DNA of 64,000 bases from Amoebophrya sp. A120. Taxonomy: Eukaryota > Protista > Dinoflagellata. The position numbers and the translations under genes were made by a program. The notes beneath the pieces were generated by a model, which was not told the origin of the DNA, did not search any database, and worked only from the letters and a program-made list of their open reading frames with translations. Below are positions 38,601 to 50,500 of this stretch, one piece after another. The stretch lies in contig CAJINV010000003.1 of the NCBI GenBank assembly GCA_905178155.1, positions 4,871,863-4,935,862 of the forward strand. The letters run 5' to 3'. Numbering within the stretch: position 1 is the first letter of the stretch; each line of letters starts with the position of its first letter.

Positions 38601-41600
38601 TCGACCCAGGGCTAAAAAACGGCCCGCTACGGACGTGCACCCCTGGTTCTCCCGCTATCACGACGTGCTCCGACGACGATGCTGGTACGCGGAGGGGCAC
38701 CCCTGCGCCGACCTTTGCACGCCCGATCTTCTGCGATGCAGACGATCCTTCTTCGCCCTCGAGTCGCTGTTGTACCAGGCTGACTGCACTCGTTGATACA
38801 GTTCGTTTGCTCGTCCGCGGGTCAGGTTCGACCTCGATGTGCACCACGCCGCGTTGTTGTTCTTCTGGTGTGTCTGCGGAGGAAAGGCTCGAAGCGGCAG
38901 AATCTGGATCACGAATTTGGGGCTCGATAAAGTGCAGCAAACTAGTACCCTCGGCACGTTCGGGTACCGACGCCGTTCTGCTGGCGTGAAATCGCTGTCC
39001 GGATGCGAGGTGGCCGGTTCCGCACTTCAAAGCTGTCCACCAAACTTTTTCGGCTGACCGTTCAGGACTCGCAGCACCGTCAGTGCCCGTATGCAAAGTG
39101 AATCCGGTTCTGGACACGTCGGATACAGCGACCACCTGCAGCTCCTTTGTACCAACACTTACTGGTGGTCCTGGGGCACAAATGACTTTCCGCGAGGTGC
39201 GAAGCAGAGCTGCGTGTCCAGTGCGATGGCACTTACCTGCGACGCCGTTCACGCAAGCAAGCGACGCGCAGTCGTCTTGGTTATCTCCAACCGCAAATTT
39301 CGATCCGTCCGCGCACGCGCATATCCCTCCGAAGGTCCCAACATTGGGCTGGTTCGCCAGAATGACGTTGCGTTTCGCGGGGCAGCCTCCCTTGAGTGCA
39401 AGGCGATGTGCATCTTCGGCGCAATGAAACCTTTCGCCTGCTTCTTGCGCAAAATGTGGTGCAGCTTCACGGGTCTGAGCAAAGCTTGCAAAAGGCCGCC
39501 CAGAAAGATGTCTGCCATTTTTAACCGAGTCAGCGTTTCTGAAGGCGGCGCTAGACGAAGTGCTTCTTGCTGGTGCAACTTGACACGACACACTGCGTGT
39601 GGAACCTACGAAACTCTTGTGAGCGGGCGCGCAACTTTCATGATCTAGGTCCCCACCGTAGCAACCCAGTGATTGACAGATCGGTACCTTTCCGGTGACC
39701 ACATACACGCTCCCGTCCGCGCACTTGCACTCTGCCATCCAGTCTGTCCGTTCCTGTCTGTGAATGCTCTTTCCGACTTCCACTTCTCGGCCGCCTTGCT
39801 GCCTTTTTACAAGGTCAACTCGATTCAGCCGACTGCTCCCGCAGGAAAACCAACCATCACTAACTTTTTCGTTGCACGCTCCAACAGAAATGTCTTTGCG
39901 GACCCAACTTGGGGCAGGCGGTCTCCTGACCTGTCCCTCGTTATTGCGAGCTCGGTCAGACGCCTGCTTGGACAGTGACTCACCACTTTCACCCGCGCTA
40001 CGCGAATCTGATCCTGTTCGCAGCTCGCTCGACTTACCCAACGAACTTCCGGGAGCTTCGTTTCGATTCCAGGCCTGGCGGCGAAGATCTCCAGCGAGCA
40101 TCCGAATGGCCTGGCGAGACGCCTGCTCGACACTTAGAAGCTCTACTTGAGCAGCGCTCGGCTTGCGCGCACTCGGCGAGTGCTCTGCACCGCTCGTTCC
40201 GCGTCTGTGGCCGGGCTCGAGCGGACTATCCTCCAGGGAAGTTGCACTCGTCTCGGCCTCGGGCTCCGAAGTATAACTCAACTTATTTTGCTCGGAAAGT
40301 GACACGGCATCACCCGGCTCGTGGTCCTGCTCGTTTTGATCATGGTGAAAAAAATTCTGCAACCACGAAAGTGAGTTGTCCTGCTGGCTGGCTTCCTGCA
40401 AGAAAACTGGCGGAAGTTCTTGTTCTCCAACGCTCCCGAACTGTTTCGTTTCTGTGCGAGAATGCATTTCAGTCGCAGCCGCGTTGTCGGCGAGCGCGCA
40501 TACGACCTTCCGACCTACAAGCAGAAGAGCGCGTTGAGGGGACGCAAGCGCAGACGTGAGTTCTCCTTGACCGCACGACAGAGCTTGACCATTGTCGCAC
40601 GCCAAGCTGAGGCAAGTGTCATCTTGTGCACCCACAGCAAAGGCAGTGCCGTCGGGACACAAGCAGTGCCCGCCGTAGCCATCGACGCCGATACCGGGTT
40701 GGTTCGTGAACACCTGATTCGGGCCCGTCGGACACGGTGCGCCAAGATCCTCATCCCCGCGCAGGTCCAGCGGCTCCAGACAGCGCACCTTGCTTTCAAC
40801 AAGAGCACGGTATTGATGGTCTTCTGTCGCACTACTTTGCCTCGCAGCCATTTGCAATGCGCCGAAAAACATGGTGTTTACCTCATGCTCGTTATTCTGC
40901 CCAGGTGGAGCGGGAATAGCAGCACCAGTGGACGTGGACGAGGATCTCTTATACAACTCTGATTCGGAGATAACTGGAGACGTTGCACGTCCTTCAGCCG
41001 CGCAGACGACCCGCCGGCTGGCACGTAGCGCGTGCGGGCGCTCAATAGGCTCGCAATACCCGATCGATAGCGCATTTTCGCACGCAAGTGAGGCGCAACT
41101 GTCCAAATTGTCACCAACCATGTACGCAGAGCCGTCCGGGCAGCGGCAAAGCCCGCCGAAGCTACCAACTCCTTGCACATTTGTCTGCACGGTATTTTTA
41201 GCAGCCGGACATGGGTTATGCCCGAGGTTATCCGGATCCTCCGCGCACGCCGACGGCGAGCGCACCGGTACGCTCTCTAACTCAGACAGGACCGCGTGCC
41301 GTTGATCCGGGCGGTGCCGCTCTTGCTTGTCTGGGTTCGCAGAGAATGTTGACCGAGCTGCTGCTGGTGCAAGCGCGTCACAGTAAACCGCTCGTCCTTG
41401 CCGCCAGGGTCGATCCACGCGCTCGCACTCCCCGATCGCGAGGCCGCCGTAGCAGGCCAAAGACGCGCACTGGTCCCCTACGCTCCCCACGTTGTAGATC
41501 GTTCCGTCTGGACACTGGCACTGACCGCCGTATCCGCTCGATTGTTCCTCGCGCACTGTACCGTCTCCTGTCTGCCCGTTTTCCGCACCTTGATCCGATT

Positions 41601-43245
41601 GTTCTAGCTGTAACAGCACGACCCGATTGCGATTCTGGTGGCCGCATCGCGGAAACGCCTTGTCGACTTCCTCCGCACACGTGGGCTCAGCCTCGCTGCC
41701 TTCACGACCAATAGCAGCAGCGCGTTTGTAAGCGGCGTTCCCTGGGTGACCTGGAGGTTTGGCTGCGCCACAGAAAACGCGCCTGCCCTCGGACAAGAGC
41801 GCCCTTTGCAGCGCGGGATTGGCGAACGTGGCCTCCGTCTCGATGACTGAGTGGGAAACGCCTCCGTCACAGGCGAGCCCCAATTTTTCGTCCCCGCTCA
41901 CGGAGTAGGTGTTTCCGTCGGGACACATGCAGAGACCCTGGAGGGCATTTCGCACGCTCGCGTCATTCGTGTACACGCGATTTTGGCCGGCGCCGCAGGG
42001 CCGCCGCACGTCTCCCGTCGCCAACTGGGCAACCTCCTCTATGCACGTCGGCTGGGCAGGTGCGAAAAAACGGAGTTGTTGTGGGTCGGTCAGCATCGGC
42101 GGGTGAGCAGCAGCCAGGACGACGACGCAATCGCTGCCGAACGGCTTCTGAAACGTGACACGCTGCACAGATGTTGAAGCTGCCTCAACGTCAACATCGT
42201 TTCCCGCTTTGATTGACGACGAAAGCAACACAAGTCCCGCCTGATGGTGCGCCGTGGTCTGGGGGGAAGATAGTAGACTGGCTGCTGTCGTGGCTTCATC
42301 TTCTGTGTCTTTTGCAAACGACGATCCTGCGCACTCATAGTCAAATAAACCGTCCTCGTCCAGCGGTTCAGCAGGAGCAGCTTCGGGATCCGATAGAAAA
42401 AAGCGCCGGCAAGAATGCGGGGCTTTTGCTGTTGACGTGCGTATTTTGTCATTGCTTGGACCACGAGTCTCCTGTGCAAAGAATCCGAGATTGCCGACCA
42501 GTCCTTGAATTGTATCGCCTTGATGGTCGGGTAAGTACAGAGCTCCACCGCCTCCGTCGCGCGCAATGTATTCTGCTAAATCTGTTCGTACATCAGGTTG
42601 AGGTTCTTGACCGAATGCAGTGGGGCAGTCGCGTGTAGGAGACAGAGAGTGCCCTAGTTCAAGCGCCACCGTTGGTTCTGTTTGCATTGCGTTTGCTTCG
42701 GCTTCTTGCGCGACTCGTTTCCGCTTGGTCGCATAAAACTGCGCCACACTTGGAGGCCCGGCTTCGTGCTGGTTCGCCGTTTTACTTTTGTCATCACCGT
42801 TTTCCTGCCGCGACGAAGAATCCACAAAGCCACGCGTGTTGCTGGCATCGTCGTGCGGATCGCCCGTTGTAGTACTCCCCGCATTTGCATCGTTGGAATA
42901 GACATGGCCGCCCGACTCTGGTTCCAAACCCAAGTGCTGCGAGACGGTGGTTTCGTCGGTGCTGTGCCTGGTCTTCACGTCGTGGTGTCGCACGAGCTCC
43001 ACATACGAAGCTGCCGCCTCACGTACCTGCTGCCGCTGCTGAAGCAGGGCCAACCTGCGTTGACGTATGGCATAGGCTTCAACATCAGCAACCGTGCTCG
43101 AGGTAAGAGCTCGGCCGTTGACGAGAACTTCCTGAGCGAGGCTGCAAAATGCCAAAAGCTGTGACCAGGACCGGTTGCCTATGCGCGTTGTACTCGAGAC
43201 TTGTCGGGACGGGACGAGCAGAACTGAGGTGTGGGTGCCCGTCAT
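32625..43245 (-). CDS. Giant (~3202 aa) four-exon, probably secreted protein with six Cys-rich modules and repeated H-type-lectin-like beta domains
   Basis: Exons 43245-37276, 36574-36269, 36074-34764 and 34646-32625 join in frame (all phase 0). Introns 36075-36268 and 34647-34763 are GT-AG (the latter has a TACTAAC branch motif). Intron 36575-37275 is TIR-bounded. Confidence 0.8.
36575..37275 (-). mobile_element. 701-bp inverted-repeat introner-like non-canonical intron (GT...AC)
   Basis: Perfect 12-bp TIR gtagtgaggtca (36575-36586) / tgacctcactac (37264-37275), plus subterminal gcggtctttttgcc / ggcaaaaaaaccgc. Precise removal fuses ...QLSY to LRGRGYYW... in frame. Confidence 0.8.
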
Positions 43246-43802
43246 GCTGGTGCACTTCTACCACCTCCGCACCGGCGTTTTTTCTGAGGATCCCGATGGG
43301 AATGGGAACCCGGTCGCATCCACACCGGCCTCATTCTGCTGGTGCGGCGGCGCATGTCAGCATTTTCGAATGTGTTCGTGACGCCCTGAACACAGGGGCC
43401 TGCTGTGCCCCCTGTGGACTCGGGATGGCACGCCCTACCTGTGTCTCACACACTTCTTCTTCCTCCATTTCGAAATTCCGTTCAAGAAAAAAACAGCAAC
43501 TCTCTCGTTCACGAAGGAGCCGGCACGACACTGTCTCTCAGCACAAAAACAAAACTACGTACTGCAGGAAGATGCTTCCGCCCACTTCACACTTATTTCC
43601 GCAACAGTTAGAGGTGGTCGCGAACACTTTCCTGTGCTTGCAGCCTGAGGTGCCGTGCGTTTTCGCGACTTTTCATTATTAATTCGGATCATTCACTTAT
43701 GTACGTCCAATTCAACGCCCAGTTGGCGCTGCAATCATACATTCATATCTAATGTCGAACGGAGCGCATTGCAGTTGCTGTGCGCTGAAGTTCAAACAGT
43801 CT

Positions 43803-45975
43803 TCAGCTGTACACATCAGCGAGAAATCGCAAAATCTCGGTCTCATTGAATTGCGCCTTGAAGAGAGCAGCGTTCACATGGTCGTCGGCGTTCGCCGCAC
43901 CACCCACTGACTTTCCATCACACAGCCCCTTAGCCCAGCAGCTTGGGCACATATCGCAGCTGGGCCAGCGTTTGTCGGTTGAAAAAAACTCCACCAGTGG
44001 CGCACCTGTTCGATCAAGTAGAAATGTCGATGAAATCTCTGCAGTGCCATTGGCATCAAAAGCTAGGATCTTCACTGCTTTGTTTACAGAAACACAAGCA
44101 CACCGACAAATCAACATGAGACGACAACTAACGGCACCTGCACTTTTGGCGAAATTTTTCATGCCGGATTGGATTCTCATGTTGGCGTCATTATGGTGGA
44201 GCCAGATCCCAATGCGAACGTCGTCCATGGTTTCGATGCGGCCGAAGAGTGCGGGGCCATCGTCCCGCCAGTGCGCTCGGCAGATTGGGCAAGGGTGGTT
44301 GTATTCGACATACGAATCGAGGTAACTGATCAAGTCGTGCGGATGCTGAAACAATGCGTCCTTTGCGCTGTACTCCGCAAGGGTGCGACATCCCACGGAA
44401 AAACTAGTTCTATCAAGTCCACCTTCTTTCTTCACCAAATTTCCCTAAATGCAGTTTCTTTTCTGTATCGCTCGAAACGGACGAGCCGGGTTTTAAATAC
44501 GTGTTTTTTCCTTCTCCTGACGCATCAGCATCTTCCATCAGAGCATTTTTTTCCTCCTACTCTATTTTGCGATCGAATTTATGGTGCTGGAAAATGTCCG
44601 GGAAGATGGAAGGCTTTTTTGAGAAGAACGAGGGAGTTTTTTCTTGGATCATACGTGAATGTAATTCCACATGGCTTGGCGAAACCCCATCACGTCGTTG
44701 TAGAAGCGCGCATCGGCGTCCCAAACGGAGTACGGGTCGAACAAGTTCATGACTTCGGTGGTGTACAGCTTCAACACTTCGAGAACACCGCCGTGCATTT
44801 CGGGAATTTCCTCTAGGGAAACGCCAAGTGTGCGCTTCCCTGCTTCTTCGAAAGCGTTCTCGTCCACCTCGACAAAACGACGCTCGCTGAAGAGCCGCCG
44901 CAGGTGAGCGCCAGACCCCGTGACTGCGAACACGTGAACGTGCGCGAATTCCGTCGCCTCTGCGAGCAGGTCCGCGGATTTCTCTTGCATGTTCATCAGG
45001 TGCGTGCGCATGGAACTGGCCCCGGAGCCGCAAATTAGCTTCTGTCGCATCAATGCGAAGTTGTCTTCACTTTGTGTAGTGGGCGGTGCTGTAGTTCCTC
45101 CAGCAGCGCAAATCAGGTTGAGAAGCCGGATGGTGATTCGCAACGAGACCGGAACGAACCGGAAAAAGTTGCCGATGTTCTGGGCGGTAGGCCACTTCTT
45201 CGCGTCGGGATTCGAGCTCGGCTGCAGTATGTCACTGGCGCGTCGCCAGATAAGGTACAGCACGCTGTAGAACGTGTCGTAGAGCCTAGCGGTTTTGTCA
45301 CCGGTACTGAAACTGTTCGGCGTGTTGCCTGCGGAAGCCGGTGCCCAGTATGTCTTGTACGGTGCCAAATACGCACTCTCATAGGCGGCTGGAACGTGAT
45401 TGATGCCCTTCAGGGTCGATACTCCGTATTGCGACCACTGCGTCTTAAGCGGGACACCCCACTGATGCACCGGACTCACGTACGGCTGCACTGCTACGTC
45501 TAGCGAAAGGGTCCCGTCCGTGGCTTTCTGCGGCACCTCAGAAAATTTCAACAGGTCAACTTCATCAAGCACGATAGGAAACGCTTCTATTGAAACAACA
45601 TATACTCTTGTCGTGGGAAAAATTGTATGGCAAAATCTGTTTCAGAGGTGAAAGCGTGAGTGTCCTCTTCGTCTATGATTCAAAGCATATGAAGATTTTT
45701 GCAAAGATAAAATTGATATCAAAGACTACGGTATCTTTCTCTAATCCTGCTCCTAGCAGTGTGTCGACGACCAGATCACCGTCGTTGCTGCAAGTGGGCG
45801 AAGTCGTTTCGCGCAAGAGTAGTACTGTAATGCTCGAGCTCACTATCGCAGAAATCACCGCGACTAGTGCATGTTTCGCAAACGACGCTGTTTTCGGTTT
45901 CGCTGCCGTCTCCTGCTGCTCCGCGCCGCCCTCATTCGCGGTGTCTTTCGACGGTTTTGGTGTGCGCTTGCTCAT
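43803..45975 (-). CDS. Multi-exon membrane-anchored Erv/ALR (QSOX-type) FAD sulfhydryl oxidase
   Basis: N-terminal TM ALVAVISAIVSSSITVLLL; redox CPIC in HPCPICRAHW; IWLHHNDANMRI; KRWPSCDMCPSCW; FNETEILRFLADVY. These match QSOX ERV-domain motifs. Introns CAC|GTATGA...ttag|GGA and probably 44006-44137. Confidence 0.75.
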
Positions 45976-47592
45976 TTTGGTACGAATGATAGAAGGCGAA
46001 TGAAACAATCATTGAATAAAAGTTCGATTCTGTTTCCTTAACCGCAATGGCTTCAATTTCGCGGAACAAGAAGAAAACACTTCGTGGCGAATGGCATGAC
46101 TACGAGTAAGAGCAAACTGCCAAGCGGATCCGATGAATAAGTTCAAATATTGCGTGTGCTTTTCGCATGTTTGGTCGGCTGGATAAGTGTTTACGGAGGG
46201 GGCGAAGTTTTAGATTCTTTCAGACGAGGAACGAATATCGACGATGCCCACGAATCTTCTGGCGTTTTTCAGGTTTGCGCCGGGTATCAAATCCAAACGA
46301 AACTTCCTTGTTACAGCCCTTTTTTTTCCTTCCGCGGATCCACAACGTAATGGACACAGAACAAAGAAACACAGAGTCAAAGCAGGAAAATCCAAATTAG
46401 CGTACAATTACAAATGAAGACTTCTATAATGCCGACAATGGTCGTGAGTCTGGATGATCGTAGCTTGTACTTAGTAGAGCATATAGAAAGTAACTAGAAA
46501 CTTTTCGTCGCCATCAACCATGGGAGGTGCCATGTGTAGTGTTCAGGTTTCATTGGAAGCCACGGAAAAATATTTACAGCCTGGAGCGACAACTCGACAG
46601 CCTGAAAATTTACTACGTTGGTACGCGGTACGTCGGCTACGCTTATACTATTCAAAACGAAAACTTCATCATGGTAGTCTCCATCCAGGTAAAGGTAATG
46701 CTCGTCAAAACGTCAATGTATGATATTCATATTCTGTGCCCGTTCTATTTCTACAGTCGTCCTCCCAAAGATTAAGAAACAAATGAGATGTACGCACTAC
46801 ACAGACTCTATGTGGTGCTTTTGCACAAGCCCAAGACGATAGGAAGAAGGTGCTTTTTCAATCAAACTTATCCAAAACTGCAACTTTCGAAAAACTGTTT
46901 ATGTGATCAAATCGACGACCTCGCGACGTTATCTATCAACAAGTATTCGGAAAATTTTCTATCGGTAGTGTAGGAGGAAAATTATGTATGGACTCGGACT
47001 TCCGATTTGTGCAGGCAGTAAAACCAGACAAAGGAAAGGAAAGGTGATACTCATACTGTAGAGAAAGGAAAGGTGATACTGTAGATACGCCAACCTGCGA
47101 CCTCCTTTAATGGTGGCCGAGAAAGAAGCGTTTGCTGTTCTTACCTCTGTCCTAGAAGCAACAGATTGTCATTGTGTTTTGTCAATTTCGTGGCAACAAG
47201 CAACAGACAAAGATGGGGAAAATGAAGTTGAAGGCAGACGCAGACCTGCATGATGACCTTGTGAAAATACAACTTCAGCACGTCTTCCTGTTCTTCGTTT
47301 GAAAATAAATTTTCAATTTCGATTGTGTAGGACCGTCGCCCGAAAATTTATGAAACTCAACGTACGAGAGATCCAAAACCGTGACTACGCCAAAAACGGA
47401 TAAAGAGGTGCGCAAATGATGAGACTCATGCTGCGATGGACTACAGGCCACATCGATTTTTCTGCGTTTTGCGTTTTCCTTCTCTTGCTAGTCCAGAAAA
47501 CGGTACATATCTAGCGGTGGGTTGAGGTTTTACTGCGTAATAAATTGAATTTACGTCTTTTTTCGTAGAAAAAATTTTCAGCACAATAATTC

Positions 47593-50500
47593 TCATCGGC
47601 CAGTCCGACCCGCGGAAGCCTTGTTGATTGTCATGAGGCGATTCGCGTAGGACAGCAGCATCTGATCGGTGCCGGACTTACCGCAAAGCGTGACGCCAAA
47701 CGGAATTTTCGCACCGTCCTCCAACTGCAAAAATCCCATAGGAAGGGCAACCCCGGCCAGGTCCAGCAGGTTCATGAAGTTGGTGTAGTACCCGTTTTGT
47801 GTGTTGGTTTCCACCGGGTTCGCATCAACTTCAGCGATGGTCCAGCAAGTAGGCACGGTGGGCAGGAGGAGAAAATCGACGTCCTCCAACTGCGCCATAC
47901 ACTTCGCTTTCAGTTCTTCCAGCCGGTAGAACGCCTTGAAGCAGTCCACAGCCGAGTGCTTCTCCGCGGTACTCAACACTTTCGCCGTGACCGGTAGCAT
48001 CGCGTTCAGGCAGCCCGCTTCTTCCACCGCCACTGCGCGCTCCGCGACCCACGGCCCCTGGTACAAGAGTTCCGCCGTTTCCACGAAAGGCTGGAGACTT
48101 ACCTGCTTCCTCTTTCCCTGCATCAACTCCGACTGCAACAGCGTTCCCGCGAGATCAAACAATCCTTGCATCTGAGTTCTTGCGTCGCCCTTTTCGCAGA
48201 AAAACTTCACCACATCCGGAACCGCGAAACAAAACGGCTTTTTATGTTCATCGGCCAGATCCAGCAGCAAGGGGCCAGCGGGACGACCGATGTCCTTTTT
48301 TGGGGACGACGCGGCACCAATAGCTTTCGGCGATTTCACTTCTCCCTCCGGCACGTTCACGCGGACCGGCGGCACGAAGGGAAACACACCGTCGCTGCGA
48401 GCGGCATTGGTAGCGCCATTGATGAACGGCGACACGGTGGTGCTCGGCGTAGCCCCCGGGTCGGTTTCCGAGGGGGTTTTGCCAGCAGACTTTTTCGCTT
48501 TCAAGGTCTCCAGCACGGTGAGCGCATCCTGGCAGCACAGAGCGAAGACCGACACGCAGTCCAGCGTCTTGCACGCGGGGACCATGCCGTGGTTGGAGAT
48601 CAGGTTTCGGGACGGTTTCAGCCCCACGATGTTGCAGTAGCTGGCGGGCACGCGACCACTTCCGGCCGTGTCCGTCCCCAGCGAGAACGTTGCAAACCGC
48701 AGGGCGACCGCCGCCGCCGACCCAGAGCTAGACCCCCCGCTGATGAACCGCGAATCGAACGGATTCGCGCAGGCGCCGAAGGGAGACCGCGTCCCGACTA
48801 AACCCGTAGCGAACTGATCCAAGTTTGTCTTCCCCAACAAAATGGCCCCGGCGTCCAGCAGTTGCTGAATGCATTCCGCGGTTTCGGTGGCGCGCCGCCG
48901 GTACTCGACGCAGGCGCACGTCGTGTCCCAGTCCTCCACGTCGTAGTTGTCTTTCACAACAAACGGAATACCGTACAAGGGCGGAAACTCCTCGAATTTC
49001 GGCAGCACGTCCGAGCGCACCGTCTGCAGCACTTGGTCTCGTGTGCCCTTCGAGATCCAAATGTTGCCGGAATTCTCCACTTCCTCTTCGTACGCGGTCA
49101 TGGTACTGTCAAACAGATGCGCAACGACGTCGACGGGCGTCAGTAATTTCTTCCGGTAGGCCTCGTGCAGGTCGGCAATTTCCATGCTCGCGAGGGCTTT
49201 CGCGACCAGAACCTCGTCCGCATGTTGCCCGTCCTCCACGACGCGGAAGGCACTGCTGGAGTCCACGGTTTTGAAGGAGCCGGAAGATTCCACCACTTTG
49301 AAGGTGCCCGAGGAGGATGTTGTTGCCGTGGTGGCAAGACTGCTACTACTGGTCGGCACGACGATCGCCACAAGCGGGTCGCCCTGTTCTTTCATTTGCC
49401 CCGTGGTCACGAAGATTTTCGCGACCTTCCCGGCGACCGTCGCCGTCACTGGAATCTCCATCTTCATGGCTTCCAGGACCACGAGCGTGTCTCCGGCCTT
49501 CACCTCGTCCCCAACTTGGACCGGAATCGCCCACACGCTCCCGCTCACGTACGCATCGACCAATTGCACGTTTTTCTCGCCCGCCAATCCGAGATGCGCG
49601 TCCATGTCGGAGGTCGCGCCGCCGACGTGGTCCTCCTTATGGTCAACAACATCTGCTCCTGCAGAAGTTGTACCCTTCGCACTGAGGCGGATCTGGCTGA
49701 GTCTCTCCTCCTCGTTCTGTTCCGCCATCGCGATCCTCTGCTGGGCCTGGTAGGCGGCAATTTCTTCCTTGTGTTCCCGCAAGAACTCCTGGTGCTGTGC
49801 GAGGTTGAAGTCCTCGGTCTCGACCTTGGGCACAAAAGAGCCGGCCCGGAAGTCCTCGCGGAGCTGGTCCAACTCGGGCTCCGAGACCTCGTAGAACCGG
49901 ATCTGGTGGAACATTTCCAGCAGCCAGGGCTTCTCCGGCGTGAACATCTCCGTCGCGCCGAGGGCGTACGAGTTCCAGATGGGCAGTGTGCGGCCCACCA
50001 GCTGGTACCCGCCCGGGGAGTACATCGGGTAGATGCACATGTACGCGCCACCCAGCCCGACCGTGCCCTCCTCCGTCCAGGTCCGCGCCGGGTTCATTTT
50101 CGTCGTGATCATCCGGTCCAGCGGATTCACCGGCACCGCGCAGCACGCCCCCAGGTACACGTCGCCCAGGCCCAGGCACATGTAGGAGGCGCGAAAGATA
50201 CGCTTGTGTACCTCCTGCTGGTCAGGGACCTTCGAACCGTCGGCGTTTGTCTTGTACAGCCCGTTGTTCTTCGCCACGTAGTCCAGATTGGAGGGCAGGT
50301 ACGGCGCGTCGTCGCGGATTGACCGCGAGTACTTGTCCATCGCCTTCGCGCACCCGCTGGAGTCGTAGGCCATGGGCAGGTAGAACACCCGGGTCTTCAC
50401 AGCCTTGTCTCGCAGGTCGTCGCCGATCTGCTGGTCGCAAAACAGAATGACCTGCAGCAATTTTGCGAGCGGGATCTTCAGGGGGGAATAGCGAATCTGC

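Noticed and set aside
46020-47590. Possible AH C-domain exon downstream of the amidolyase
   Set aside because: AT-rich sequence with no GAH/VEVW/GGW motifs seen; only a short aaaggaaaggtgatact duplication near 47035-47080.
49165-50322. 385-aa plus-strand ORF and similar ORFs (29805-30764, 32694-33614, 25792-26619)
   Set aside because: Antisense frames of GC-rich coding exons with no recognisable motifs.
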